A DNA stretch of 64,000 bases from the NCBI RefSeq assembly GCF_963921235.1, contig NC_086097.1:142230001-142294000 (forward strand). The letters run 5' to 3'. Shown here in pieces: positions 13,580 through 27,894 of this stretch; position 1 is the stretch's first letter, and each line of letters opens with the position of its first letter. Below the pieces are notes generated by a model. It saw only the letters and a program-made list of their open reading frames with translations, was not told the DNA's origin and made no database searches. The position numbers and the translations under genes were made by a program. This stretch comes from Mobula hypostoma (taxonomy: Eukaryota).

Positions 13580-16487
13580 AGCCATGAGTTCCAGTGGCAC
13601 CTTTAAGGGTCATCACTATGGCTGGAAATTTGGCAGGAGAGGCAAAATTCAAACCTGGCTGAAGCACAGAGGGACAAGGCCTGCTCTGCCCACTATCTTG
13701 TTGGCAATTCGCTGGAAAATAAGATTGATGGTCTCAGAACAAGGCTGCTGTATCAGCAGCAGTTGAGGCAGATCTTAATTGTTTGCTACACTGAGACTTG
13801 GCTATCAGTGGACACAACAAATGCAGCAGTCAGACCAGAAGGCTTTACAATTCTCAGAAAAGATCGAACCGCAAACTCTGGTCAGGAAAAAGGTAGAAGC
13901 AGGTGCTCTTTGGTCTATTCTCTTTGGTGTTCGGACATGGGGATTATGGCGACCATGTACCCCGACGTAGAACACCCAACAATCAAAAGTAGGGTGTTCT
14001 ATTTGTCTCGAGTGTTCTCATACATATCCTGGCTACAGTTTATATCCCACCAGTGGCCGACTACAAGAAAGCACTCACAACACTGCACAATGTCATCTGC
14101 AGGCCCATCCCAACACACTGGTGATTTCAACCAGGCCTGCTTGAAGAAAGCCCTGCCCAATTACCATCAGTAAGTAACCTGTTGTACCAGAGGTCTGAAA
14201 ACACTAGACTACTGCTACACTACGATAGGAATGCTTATTGTTCCCTTTTTAGACCACATTTTAACAAATCAGACCATTTGGCTCTACTCCTATTACCTGC
14301 ATACAGACAGAGCCTAAAAAGCAAGGCTCCAGAGATGAAGACAATTAAGAGGTTGTCGTAAGAGACAGAAGAACAGTTACAGGATTGCCTTGAGTCAGTG
14401 GACTGGGCTGTGTTCAAGCACTCATCTGAGGATCTGAATGACTACACCATGGTTGTAACAGACTTTATTAAAACAACTATAGATGAGTGTCCCAACAAAA
14501 GCATCAGGGGCCAGCCCAATCAGAAGCCCTGGATGAACCATGAAATCCAGAATTTGCCAAGGGGCCAGACCAGAGGAAATTCAAGTCTGGAAATCAAGAA
14601 TATCAAGAATGCTACAAGGAGGTACAGGTATGATCTCCGGAAAGTTATCTCATGGGTGAAGTGAAAATTCCGGACTAGATTGAAATCAACAAGGGATGCT
14701 CGATAGCTGTGGCAGGATTTGAATGTCATAACCTCCGACAAAGTTAAATCTAGTGACATGGGATCAGCAGAGCTTCACTTCCAAATGAGCTCAATGCCGC
14801 CTAAGCTCGCTTCTACCACCAGAACAGAGAGGAACCATCGCAAACCCCCACGCCCCCCAATGATCCTTTGGTCTCAGTATCTGAAGATGATGTACAGGCT
14901 TACTTAAGAGGGTGAATCCTAGGAAAGCATCCAAGTCTGGATGGAATACCTGGTCAAGTACTGAAGACCTGTGGAACCAACTGGCTGGTGTGTTCAAAAA
15001 TATGTTCAACAACTCACTTTGGCAGTGTGTGGTACCCACCCTGCTTCAATCATACAAGGAAAGCATGGTACCCTGCCTCAATAACTATCACCCAGTGGTA
15101 TTTACATCCACAGTGTTAGTGTTTTGAGGACTGGTGTTGAAACATATCAGCTCCTATCTGAGTGGCAGCTTGGATCCAGTCTAATTTGCCTACCAGAGCA
15201 ACAGGTCTACAGCAGATGCCATCTCATTGGCTCTTCACACAACCCTGGAACATCTAGACAGCAAAAATATCAGGATGTTCTTTATCAATTACAGCTCACC
15301 ATTTAATACCATCATCCCCCCACCCCCACCAAAAAAACAAAAGACTAATCAGTGAACTCCAAGACCTGAGCCTCATTATCCCCCTGTGCAATTGGATCCT
15401 GGATTTCCTCATTTGCAGACACCAGTCAGTTCAGATTGGCAACAACATCTCCTCCACAATCTCCATCAGCACATGTGTGCTTAGGCCCCTGCTCTATGTG
15501 GTTTACACCTATGACTGTGTGGCTACGTACAGCTCCAACACCAGATTCATGTTTGCCGCTGACACCACTGTTGTGGGCTGTATCAAAGGTGGTGATAAAT
15601 CAGCATACAGGAGGGAGATTGAAAATTTGGCTGAGTGGTGTCATAAGAACAATCTCTCACTCAATCTCAGCAAGGCCAGGGAACTGATGGTAGACTTCAG
15701 GAAAGGGAAACCAGAGATCCATGAGTCAAGTACTCTTTGGAGGATCAGAGGTGGAGAGGGTCAGTAACTTTAAATTCCTGGGTGTCACCATCTCAGAGGA
15801 CCTGTCCTGCACCCATCACATAAATGTAATTGCAAAGAAAGCACAACAGTGTCTCTGCTTTCTCAGGAGTCTGCAGAGATTTGGCATGATATTAAAAAAA
15901 GCTTCTATAGATGTGTAGTGGAAAGTGTATTGACTGGCTACATTACGGCCTGGTACAGAACACCAATGCCTTTGAGTAGAAAATCCTACAAAAGGTAGTG
16001 GAATCAGCCCAATACATCACGGGCTGAAGCCCTCACAAACATTAAGCACACCTACATGAAATGCTGTCAAAGGAAAGCAGCATCCATCATCAAAGATCCT
16101 CACCACCCAAGCCATTTTTCACACTGCTGCTGTCAGGTAGAAGGTACAGGTACCTCAGGACTCGCACCACCAGATTCAAGAGTACTACCCCTCAACCATT
16201 AGGCTCTTGAACAAACCAGGATAACTACACTCATCTATTTAAAAATTCCCACAATCAATGATCTCACTTTAAGAACTCCATCTTGTTATTTCTTGGTATT
16301 TATTGCAATTTATTTATATTTGCATTTGCACAGTTTGTTGTCTTCTGTGCTCTTCCTCTTTCATTGATCCTGTTTACAGTTACTATTCTATAGATTTGCT
16401 GAGTATGCCGGCAGGAAAAAAAAATCTCAGGATTGTATGCAATGACATATATGTACTTTGATAATAAATTTTACCTTGACTTTGACA
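13580..16487 (+). mobile_element. Near-full-length decayed Rex1/Babar LINE
   Basis: APE motifs CYTETWL, GDFNQACLK, TLDYCY, SDH; PNQKPWMN; RT LRPLLYVVYTYDC, FAADTTVVG, FKFLGVTISEDL; 3' aataaa plus short-repeat tail; many frameshifts. Confidence 0.88.
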
Positions 16488-16904
16488 AGGCAAGTTCTTA
16501 AACTGGCTTTGTTTAATCATGACTTTTAAGGAGTCTATGTTTAATGCCTCCAAATTTATCAGTTGGGCAAAACCAGGTGGCACAAGTAAGTTTGTAAAAA
16601 AACCAGATAGATGCTGAAAAGGGACTTAAGTAGGTTGGTAAAAGCTAATTTGACACATTGTAAGAGGTGAATTATGAAAGTAAGGAAAGTCTTTCAGCAA
16701 TTTTATAGGGCTTTTCTGAGACTACATCAGCAATGCTATGTACAGCTTTGGTATTCTTACCCAAGATCACAGCTGAACTGTCCTGGATTACCTTATCTAG
16801 GAAAAGTTCTTCCCAGCATCAGCTTCTTAACATTCAGGTGTAGGAAATGTAAGCATAAAAAATTAAGAGTAGTAGTCCACTCAACTTCCTAAGCCTTCTG
16901 TCAT

Positions 16905-17492
16905 CTTTACATTCAACTTTATTGTCATTGTTCTGAGTACAGATACAAAGCCAATGAAATGCAGTTAGCATCTGACCAGAAATGCAAAGAATAGTATTAT
17001 TTACAAAATAACTCCAAATAAAAAGTGCTACAGCACACAAATATAAAAGTACTAAGACGGTACAATATGGCTGCAATACTGCTTAGCGCTGTGATGTGAG
17101 GTTCAGCAGGGTCACAGCCTCAGGGAAGAAGCTCTTCCTGTGCCTGCTGGTGTGGGAGCGGAGGCTCCTGTAGCACCTACCGGATGGGAGGAGGTTAAAA
17201 AAGTCCATGGTTAGGGTGAGATGCATCCTTGATAATGCTTTTCGTTCTGCCCAGGCAACGTTTATGGTAGATGTTCTCAATGGTGGGCAATTGGGTGCCG
17301 ATAATCCGCTGGGCAGTTTTCACCAAACGTTGGAGTGCTTTGCGGTCCGATACGGGATAATTGCCATACCACACTGAGATGCAGTTGGTGAGTATGCTCT
17401 CAATGGTACAGCAGTAAAAGTCCGTCAGTATCCTGGGACAGAGGTGAGCTTTCTTGATGCTCCGCAGGAAATAAAGGCACTGTTGTGCTTGA
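16905..17492 (-). mobile_element. Rex1/Babar LINE 3' fragment
   Basis: AQQCLYFLRSIKK..FYCCTIESILTNCISVWYGN..LLPSGRCYRSLR; aataaagttgaatg tail. Confidence 0.88.
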
Positions 17493-17809
17493 TCTAATAA
17501 GATCATGGCCATTCTGACTAACATCAACTTTGCATTTCCAGCTACTGGACCAGTTTTGATTTGGAAATGCAAGCTTGAATCCCATCATGGTAGTATTATC
17601 TACTCACAGGAATGAAAACAAAACCAGCTATCAGCAATGACCACCATGGAGCTACAAAATTGTCAAAACTATCTATTCTCATCTCATCTTTATAACCTCG
17701 GACCCTCATCAATGTAGTGCATCACTTAACCTGCATTCATTTTTGAATGCAGTTGGAATGAAAATCCCAGTGGCACCTGCATCCTATAAATAAATAAACT
17801 CCCTGCAGA

Positions 17810-19510
17810 CATCCTGCTTCCTCAACACCACCTACCCCTCCACTTACCTTCATATCATCCGCAAACCTGGCCACAAAGCCATCAATTCCATCATTCAAAT
17901 CATTAACATGAAAAGAAGCGGTCTCAATAGTGACCCCTGCACAACACCACTAGTCAATGGCAGCCAACCAGAAAACCTCCCCTTTATTGCCATTCTTCCA
18001 GGAGGACCATAACCTTGCTGTAGCTTGGAGCCTTCAAAGGTTCATACAACTCTGAAATTCTTCTCTCCAGATAGCCAGAAAACCAAGAATAGCAGCACGA
18101 TCATCAACCCCTAAATCGCGCCCCTCTCCACAAAAACTCAACTAAACTAGAACAGGTACATCAACCCCCAAATTTCCCTCCCTCGCACACAAAAATAATT
18201 GAGAAAGATTGGGCAATAAACATAGAATATAAAAAACTATAAGACTTTGTTTTTTAAAAAACTCCATAGTCCAAGTCCATATCCAAAATGCAAAAATCCT
18301 GGGTAACATTCTCCAAGCACAGCAGCAGCTTCTCTCCTCTCCGGCAGTAGAGCAATCCTACCAGCAAAAGGCAGTCTCCTATCTCCGCAGCAGAGTGATC
18401 CAACCAGCGATCAAAAGACAGTCTTGCATGTCTCAATGACCTGGAGAGCTATGTTGGCTGGAATCAATACTTTATTCTTTGGCATTTGGTAGGGTCATCC
18501 ATGCCAAACAGATTCAAAGGTCGAGTCCAGACGGACAGTGGTCCACTGATTCAGGGATTCATCTCAGGGCTAACAACTCTGACTAGTCAAACAAAACTGC
18601 TACACCAACATCAGTGAAGAATCCTAAGCAACACCTACAAAACGGTGGAAGAACTCAGATCAGGCAGCATCCATAGAAAAGAAGAATCCTTCTACATCTA
18701 TGTGCAACAGTAATTGTGCACCTCTACCTGGGACTTGCATGACTAATAGTAGTGAAAACTAAGAGGAAGTTACAATGAACACCGCCAGACAGACAGATGG
18801 AGGATCTTCATTGCTGCCCTAAACACCAGCAACAAACACAAGTTATTCGCAATCTTTGCCTCCTGCCAGTCAATAAGTCTTCTATCCATGCTAGTAACTT
18901 TCATCTAATACCACAGGCTCTTATCTTGTTCAGCAGCATCAAGTGCGGCACCTTGTCAAAGGCATTCTGTAAACAGACAAAAGAGAGTCTGTGAACGCTA
19001 TCTTGCTAGTTCAAAGAATTTCAACAGATTTGTCAGGCATAATTCCTCCTTAATGAAACCATGCCGACTTTGTCCTATTTTGTCATGTGCCAACAACATC
19101 CTCCTAACCACTGAAGTCAGGTTAACTGGCCTACAATTTCCTTTCTTCTGCCTTCCTACCTTGTGATACAGTGGAGTGATATTTGCAACTTTTCAGTCCT
19201 CTGGAACCATTCTAGACTCTAGTGATTCTTGAAAGATCATTACTAATTACTCCACAATCCCTTCAGCTACCCTTTCAAAACCCTGGGGTGCAAACCATCT
19301 GGTTCAGCCTACTTACCTATCTACAGACTTTTCAGCTTCCCAAGCACCTTCGCCACAGTAATAGCAATTATACTTACTTCTGGCCACTGATACGTACTCT
19401 TGAATTTTTGGCATACTGATAGTGCCTTCCACAGTGAAGACTGAAACTAAATACTTGTTAATTTGTCTGCCATTACTACCTTCCCAGCATCATTTTCCAG
19501 CAGTTCGATA
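17810..19510 (-). mobile_element. Patchy CR1 RT fragments with other repeats interspersed
   Basis: Reverse strand gives GFVARFADDMKVSG (17830-17880), AFDKVPH (18945-18966), HGFIKE (19045-19063). Confidence 0.65.
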
Positions 19511-19519
19511 CTCTTTAGA

Positions 19520-20665
19520 CAGTGCCTAGAAAAAGTATCTAACCACCCTCCGCCCCCCAACCCCGGGAGGTTTCCATGTTTTATAACATTGAATCACAGT
19601 GGGTTTAATTTGGCTTTTGACACTGGTCAACAGAAAAAGACTGATGCAAAAGTGAAAACCGATCTCTCCAAAGTGATATCAATTAATTACAAATATAAAA
19701 TACAAAATAATTGATAGCATAAGTATTCACCCCCTTCAAATCAGTATTTAGCAGATGCACCTTTGGCAGCAATTAAAGCCTTGAGTGTGTGGAAAAGTCT
19801 CTATCAGCTCTACACATTTAGACACTGCAATCTTTCCCCATTCTTCTTTACAAATCTGCTCAAGCTCTGTCAGATTGCATGGGGATCACGAGTAAACAGC
19901 CCTTTTCAAGTCCAGACACAAATTCTCAATTGGATTGAGGGCTGGACCCTGGCTTGGCCACTCCAGGACTCCAGGAAATGTGTTGTTTTTAAGCCATTCC
20001 TTTATGCTTGGGGTCATTGTCTTGCTAAAGAACAAATCTTGCTAGAAAACAAAACAGTATTTTGCTGCATTAATTTTACCCTCTACCTTCACAAGTCTTC
20101 CAGGGCCCACTGTAGTGAAGCATCCTCACAGCATGATGCAGCTACCACTGTGTTTCACGGTAGGGGTGGTGTGCTTTTGATGATGTGCAGTGTTTAGTCT
20201 GATTGCCAAGAAGCTCACTTTTGGTTTCATCATACCACAGAACATTCCTTCCAGCTAACTTCAGTGTTGCCCACATGCCTTCGAGTAAACTCTAGCCTCT
20301 CTTTGCCACTTTCTCATAAGCTGTGACTGGTGAAGCACCTGGGCAACGGTTGTTGTATGCACAGCATCTCTCATTTCAGCCACTGAAGCTTGTAGCTCCT
20401 CCTGAGTTGTCATGGGTCTCTTGGTCCCCTTCTTGCATCTAGGCAGATTTACAGCTCTGCCATATTATTTCTATTTTTTGATGACGGACTGAACTGTACT
20501 CCAAGGATATTCAATGACTTGCAAGTTTTCTTGTATCCATCTCCTGACTTGTGCTTTTCAATAAGCTTTACGCTGAGTTGCTTGGAGTGTTCTTTTGTCT
20601 CCATGGTGTAGTTTTTGCCAGGATACTGACTGCCAGCAGTTGGGCCTTCCAGATATAGGTATATT
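19520..20665 (-). mobile_element. Tc1 transposon remnant
   Basis: End cagtgcctagaaaaagtat, inner DR ataagtattcaccccc; minus-strand transposase N-terminus METKEHSKQLSVKLIEKHKSGDGYKK. Confidence 0.85.
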
Positions 20666-20669
20666 TTTT

Positions 20670-21560
20670 CTCCGAGTGGGCTCAACTGCTTTTTAGCTGC
20701 TCTAAAATGCATTCTACAAATTCCTTCTCTTAGGATCCAGCAGCAACCTGATTTTCCACAATCTACCTGCATATTGAAATTCCCCATAACTAACGTAACA
20801 TTGCCTTTTTGAAAAGCCTTTTCTATTTTGCATTGTAATTTGCATCCCACATTAGGGTTGCTATTCAGAGGCCTGTATATAACTCCCTTTAGGGTCTTCT
20901 TATGCTTGCAGTTTCTTAACTCTACCCACTAGAATTCTACATATTCCAATACCATGTCACCTCTTCCTAAGGATTTTATTTCACTTCTTACTAACAGAAG
21001 CTCTCTTCAGGGTCTTCTCTCTTTCTCTACCCATGTTGTTGGTACCAATATGCACCACAACTTCTAGCTTCTCACCCTCCCCCTTTAGAATGCTATGGGT
21101 TTGATCTAAGATATCCCTAACCCTGGCACCTGGGAGGCAAAAATGCTATCTGGGTTTCTTTTTCCACATTCACAGAATCTCCTGTCTGCTCCTCTAACTA
21201 TGGAATCCCCAATCAATACTGCACTCTTCTTCTCCCTACTTCTCTCCTGAGCCACAGAGCCAGGGGAATTGCCACAGGGGTACTCTGCACTGGCTTCCTA
21301 TTCCCTTTCCTTCTTTTGACAGTCACCCAGATACTTGCCTCCTGCAACTTAGGGGTAACTATCTCCCTGTAGTTCCAATCTATTACCTCATTCTCCTGTA
21401 TGACTCGAAGGTCATCAAGCTGCTGCTCTAGTTCCTTAACTCAGCGTATCAGGAGTTGCAACTTGATGCACTTCATGTAGATGTATTTATCATGGAGACT
21501 GGAGGTCTCCATGAGATCCCACTTCTCACACAAAGAACATACCACTAACTCTGGACCCAA
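20670..21560 (-). mobile_element. CR1 LINE endonuclease and ORF1 fragments
   Basis: IEKAFQKGNVTLVMGNFNMQVD; VHIGTNN, LPGARVRDI; CSLCEKWD..CIKLQLL zinc finger. Confidence 0.8.
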
Positions 21561-22209
21561 CTGACAAAGAAAGAAAAAAGGAATTAATAAAAACTTGCTT
21601 AGAACCTCTGCCTCTTCAGACAATTCAAGACTCCAGTCTCAATATCATCCTAGTAAATACTTCCCAAACTCTTTCCAGCTTACAATCTATTTTGATTGAT
21701 CTGTGATTCAGGTTAGAGGGGAGATAAAAGGTGGGAATAAAAAGCCAAATGCAAAGCAATGAGCCTTCATTTGACGGCTAGTTTTAGAATTATTCAGGCA
21801 TCCAAGTAGAAGTTCAGCTTGCGGACACAATCTCTTTTCTCTTCCCATTGCATCGGCTATATCAGTGGAAGTGCAGCAAAATGCTATACTATGAAAAAGC
21901 ATTATATGTTGTGCCTTCATACTTCTATGCAACAGCACTGTTTTTCTGCAAAGGAATTCTGAATCCTTCCACATAATTCACAATTGTCCAAGAATAAATT
22001 GCTGTCTGGGGGCTACATTATGAAGATTTTCCCTTGAAAGACGACGACACACACTGAGCTCTCAAATACTGAGGAACTGCCCATTACCAGTGATATTCCT
22101 TAATGTATACAATTCTGTAAGGGGAGGTCCAAGCTAAAATTTGACTCTCCACTACCATTGTCAATCATAGAAAGGTCATCAAAATCTTAGTTACTTCAGT
22201 TCATTCTTC

Positions 22210-23047
22210 TCTTTTAGCCTATAGGATGGCGAGATAGATAGAGGGACAAGATGAATGTGCACAGAGCTGGGGAATAAAAAACTACAGGTCATGGATTTAA
22301 GGTGAGAGGGAAGAGATTTAATAGGAATTGAGAGGCAACATTTTCCCCAGAGGGGTACAAGAGAAAAAGGCATCTGGGAATACAGATCCATAATTGCTTG
22401 AAAGTGGTATCAAGGGTAGATAGGGTCGTAAAGAGAGCTAATGGCACATCGGCCTTCATAAATCAAAGTATTAAGTTAAAGAGTTGGGATGCTACGTTGA
22501 AGTTATACAAGATAATGTTGAGACCTAATTTGGAGTATTATGTGCAGCTCTGGTCACTTACATACAGGAAGATATAAGATTGAAAAAGTGGAGAGAAAAT
22601 TTATGTCACTGGGTCTTGAGGACCTGAGAAATAGGGAAAGGTTTAATAGGTTAGGATTTTATTCCCTGGAGCGCAGGAGAATGACATTTGATAGATAACT
22701 GCAAAATTATGAAGGGTACAGATAGGGCAAATAAAAACAGGCTTCCACAGGTTGGTTGAGGTTAGAACTTAGAGGTCATGGGTTAAGGATGAAAGATGAA
22801 ATGTTTAAGGGGAAAATGAGGGGGTACTTCTTCACTAAGAGGGTAGTGAGAGTGTGGAACAAGCTGCCAGCAGAAGTGGTGAATGTGGGTTCGATTTCAG
22901 CATTTAACAGAAATTTGGATAAGCACATAATGGGTGGAGTATGGAGGGCTATGGTCCAGGTGCAGGTTGATGGGACTAGGCAGAATAATAGCTTGGCATG
23001 GAATAGATGAGCTGAAGGGTCTGTTTCTGTGCTGTAGTGCTCTATGG
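22210..23047 (+). mobile_element. CR1 LINE 3' region
   Basis: LRPNLEYYVQLWS, RGHGLR, FFTKRVVRVWNKLPAEVV; tail gggtctgtttctgtgctgtagtgctctatg. Confidence 0.85.
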
Positions 23048-24699
23048 TGGCCAGCTACCTTTTTGTGAAGGCAAAGCAGGCTCAGTGTTAAAGGAGAATC
23101 AGTTGATAACTTAGAATTCAGTGGCAATAAATGAACAACAAAATCTTTTCAACTTAATGTATTCTAAGTTAAAGGGGAACCTCCTTGTGACTGCCTGCTT
23201 TCCTTATTTCTATGACTGACAGAGGTTTTGAATTTGGATATGTGCTGATGGGCTAGCCTAGATGAGCAACTGCAGTGCAACTTAATGATAACATACACTT
23301 AAAGCTACTGTGAACTGAGATAAGCATTCAAAATACAAATAAATCCTGCGAAAACATTAGGAATTGATCATCTCACGAACTACCAAACATCCACCTTAAT
23401 TAGCCTATAGATCCACAATGGCCTTATTAGTCACATCTGAATCCACAAACAGTAGCAGCAAGTCCTTCTCAGTTCTGAGGAACTGCCTAAAAAAACGACT
23501 TCATCCAGGCAAGTTCAGAACATTCTACCACACTTTTGATATACCTTACAGATGGTGGAACTTTGGGAAGTCTGGAGATGAGTCACTTATTAGAATATAG
23601 CAAATCTCTAACCGTACTGAGAGTTGCGAATGGGATTGAACATCGTTTTTTGACAGTCCGCTGTTTGAACATCACCACTTTCATTGATAAAACAGCTGCA
23701 GATGATTAGACCTGGGACAGTGACTGGTAGAATTCCTGGAACTGAGGGGTATGGCCTCTAAAAACCGTAAACACAAAAGATACTGTAGATGCTAAAAATC
23801 TTGAGCAACTCGCGTAAAATACTGGAGGAATTCCACGGATGCTGTCTAACTTGCTGAGTCACTCCAGCATTTTTGTGTGTGTTTCTCTAACAACCAATAT
23901 ACATCTTCCTTCATGAAAGATGCAATTCCAACCTGTGGAATGTATTTCCCTTGACCTGAATGAGTGCAATTTTACCAGGACTTTTTAATATCACGCTTAC
24001 CAAATTCCTGAAACTTAGCACTTTGGCCATTTCTTAGATCAAAGCAATGAGGAGGCCTACTGAGAAATGGAGTTGAGATAGATCATCCACTTGGCACTTC
24101 TGAATATGGCCGCACACGCTTCAAGTTTTGCTTTCCATTTTCATGTAATGGAGACATTCTTGAATCCACATCCTCCTATTGGAATTTAATTATCCACCAC
24201 TATTCATCCCTGAATGTGTAGCCTATAGAGCTTTGATCAGGTCCTTTTTTGTGGGATTGCACTGTTCCATTTCATGCTGCTTTACTATTTAGCAAAATAT
24301 GCAGTCCTACGTAGAGGCTTTATACATTCATTTTAAGTAAAATGAGTGATAACGCAAGGCTATTAGGGTTGAGATTGTGGCAGACTACTGTCTGCTGCTG
24401 CTCATTCATGTCTCACAAATGCCCTATATGTAGCTGCCAGATATCTGTTCCCAGTCTACAACAGCAATGTCAGGAGTTACACAGCACAGAAAATGGTTCT
24501 TCCAAACTCACCAAGATATCTTTCAAGCTAGCCCCATTGCCTGTATTTGACAATGTCCATCTAGATCTTTTCTATGCATAAATATTTTACACATTGCAAC
24601 TTTATCTGGCTGTACTACTTTCTCAGGCAGTATATTCCATATACCCACCACCCAAAGTGTGAAAATTTGCCTTTTGGGCCTCCTTTAAATCTTGCCCTC

Positions 24700-25301
24700 T
24701 CAAATCAAAATGCAAACCATGCAAAATGCCCCATTATCAAAGACTATTGGAGTGGGATACATAATGCCCGACAAGACATCTTTAAATGTGAATTACCCTT
24801 AGAGAGTAAGACCATATATTTTGGTTATATATCTCAAGAATGGTTGAAAAGAGATAAATATTTAATGAAGGTACTGCTGGTGGCTGGTAAAAAGACCCCT
24901 ACCAGGAAATGGTTATCTCAGGAGAGCCCAACTTTAAATGTATGGATGGAAATTACAATGGACATTTACAAAATGGAGAAGATAACAGCATCTGTAAGTT
25001 AGAACAATTTTATTCATACTGGAAAAAATGGTTTAATTACGTAATACCTCATAGGCCTGATTTTATTCTCACGAGTCAATGAATATGTTGTAAAAAAAAA
25101 TCACTCCCTACTCTGTACAGTTTTCTTCTTTCGACTGTTCTTTCTTTCCTCTTCTTTCTAGAAGTGTATACCTCAGATAAATATTATGTGGAGATTTGTG
25201 ACAAATATGATTATATGATATATATGTACAGTATCTGAAATACATCTTATGGAAATGTTTGTTTGATGATGAAATTCAATAAAAAATAAATTACAAAAAA
25301 A
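24700..25301 (+). mobile_element. L1-clade LINE 3' end (ORF2 C-terminus, 3'UTR, poly(A))
   Basis: CPIIKDYWSGIHN..LLVAGKK..RKW..WMEITMDIYKME; aataaa and A tail; near-identical copy at 60846-61393 (-). Confidence 0.8.
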
Positions 25302-25304
25302 ACT

Positions 25305-25660
25305 TTCCCTCTCAGCATAAACTAATGATCTCTAGCTTTAGACCCCACTACCCTGGGATAAAGATTGAAAGTCCAGCTTATCTATGCCCCTCATGCTTTT
25401 ATTAACCTCTAAGGACACCCATCAAGCTCCTTTGCTCCAGGGAAACAGTCTTAGACTACCTCTCCTTCTCAGTCCTAGTCTCTCTTTTTATTTCAACCCT
25501 TCAATCCCAGCAACATCCTTGTGAATATTTTCTGCACCCTCTCTAGCTAAATCACACCCTTTCTAAAGGCAGGGCAACTAGAGTTGCACACAATTTGCCA
25601 GGTGCAGTCACACTAATGCCTTATACAGCTGTAACATAACATCCCAACACTTGTTCTCAC
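25305..25660 (-). mobile_element. CR1 3' fragment, decayed
   Basis: Similar to the reverse-strand CR1 at 62800-63150. Confidence 0.6.
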
Positions 25661-25984
25661 ATCTCAATATATTGTTCAATACAATAAAAGCACTCACTGT
25701 CCAGTCATTTCTACAAAGTCCTCCTCAGATCATCTGCAAAACTGAGCGCTATTTAACATAAAATGAGTAAGGGTGGGCAATTCGGTGAAAGAGGGGAGGA
25801 GTAGCTCTGGGATCTTCAAAATTGACTCCAAGCTACACGATCTTGTGGTCAAACATGGCCATGGTAAACTCCCGATTCCTCGTCACATTTAACACCACTT
25901 TGAGCAAAGATTAATGGTTCCTAGACGTGCACATAATGGGCAACCTAACTTGGACCCACAATATATCCTCAATAGTCAAGATGA

Positions 25985-26565
25985 CACAGCAGCATCTATA
26001 CTTTCTGAAGAGACGAGGCATGCAAGACTCCCTGTCTCCATTCTAACAACTTTCTCCAGGAGCACCATCAAGAATGTCTTGTCTGGCTGCATTATTGTGT
26101 GGTACAAAAGCTAAAACACCCTACAGAGTATAGTAAAAGTGCCAAGGGAATCATCGGAACCCCCCCCCCCACCATATTTGTGACATTTACCAAAAGCACT
26201 GTATACGAAAGGCTCTAAGTATTGTTGAGGATCCCTACCATCCATTCCACAATTTCTATTTGACCCACTGCCATCAGGAAGGAGGTACAGGAGCATCAGG
26301 ACTAGGACTACCAGACCGGGTAACAACTTCTTCCCCCAGGCTGTGAGATTAATGAATACCCTGCCACCACCAAGGTCTTGGCTCTAGGACAGCGAGCTGT
26401 TAACTGTTTACCTGCCCTGCGCATTCACTTGCATTTTGAACTTTAATTAAAGTATTTGTAATAATATTTTGTTTTGTGTGTAAGATACATGTATTATGGG
26501 TGCACCGTGGTCTGGGAGCACATTGTTTCATTTGGTTGTAAATACGTATAGTCAGGTAAACTTGA
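25985..26565 (+). mobile_element. Rex1/Babar 3' fragment
   Basis: ILTTFSRSTIKNVLSGCIIVWY; PLPSGRRYRSIRTRTTR. Confidence 0.8.
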
Positions 26566-27894
26566 GCTAGAGCACAATGTACAGTAGACTCTGAATAATG
26601 AATTTCAATATCCAGGAATACTTAGCAGCACCACTGCCAGCAAAGCTGTCTGCCTTAAGGCACAGTGCCTGCTACGTTGGACCCATGGCATGTGGTAAGA
26701 GAACTACTGGGGGGGGGGGTGCAGGAGGGGGAAGGTTTAAAAACTCTGATCACTTTCTCACCAGCTATCTTGACACTAATGCACCTGCCCAAGACAATAC
26801 TGGTTGGGCTGATAGATCATCATCCTTGTAGAGCCAAACTCTCCTCTTCACCCCATCATGCAATGTTGTATTAATATCATGCTCAATGGGTGGATTCAAA
26901 ATAGGTCCAGCATTTCAGAACTGTACTGGATCCATTGATCTGATGGATCATACTGCTTTCCTGCAACAGCACTCCATGTAGATGTGCTCAATGGTGGGAA
27001 GGGCTTTACCCGTGATAGACAGGGCAGTATCCACTACTTTTATTACAAATGTCTTACTTATGGACACCTATGCACATGAACAAACTCACATTTGTTTGGA
27101 CTATTTAAGCACCGGGTCAGATTGAAACCGTCAAGGTGTTGGGGCTGGAGGCGAGAAACAGGCCAGTACAGCTCACTGCTCCGCAAAGTTTACCCAACTC
27201 CGCACTGAACTGAGGCTGTGGCCTGCAACTAATAGGCTCCTGAATCAGCTGCAATGATGACTGGCTTTATGGCTGTGGACTCACGTTCATTAACTTTACT
27301 TCTGAATATTATTTGTTTACTTTTATTGTTTGCACGGTTTGTTTTTTCCCCCTGCATAGTGGATGTTTGATGGTTATTTTATGTAAATGGGTTCTGTGGG
27401 GTTTATTTGTTTTGTCGGGGTTTGTAAGAAGAAAATCTCAAGGCTGTAGAGAGTATACATACTTCAATAATAAATTAACTTTGAATTTGAAACTAGCCAA
27501 CTAATAACCAAGACTTGTGCAATAGTACTGTATTAAACAATGTAACATCCACTTATACTTCAAGGCCACTTAAGCCAGGTACTGAGCATAGGACATCTTG
27601 ATTCTTGTACCATAGTAATGAGGCAATGGCAGACAAATAAATGCTCGTATTAATTGGCTTCATTGTAACCACTAGGTTGAGATCAGTAAAGGCATTAATG
27701 GCCACCTCCTGCATTAACACATTGTTAAAGACATATCCCTACACTGCTTCAAATGAGTTTCAGAAACAATTATTTTTCATATGGGCACTCTGCAGCCTTT
27801 TATGCTGAACATAAGTGTATGCATATGTAGCTATATTATTTTTAAAACTACTTTCATCCATTCAAATATACAGTAATTTAAGTGCCTTTATCAT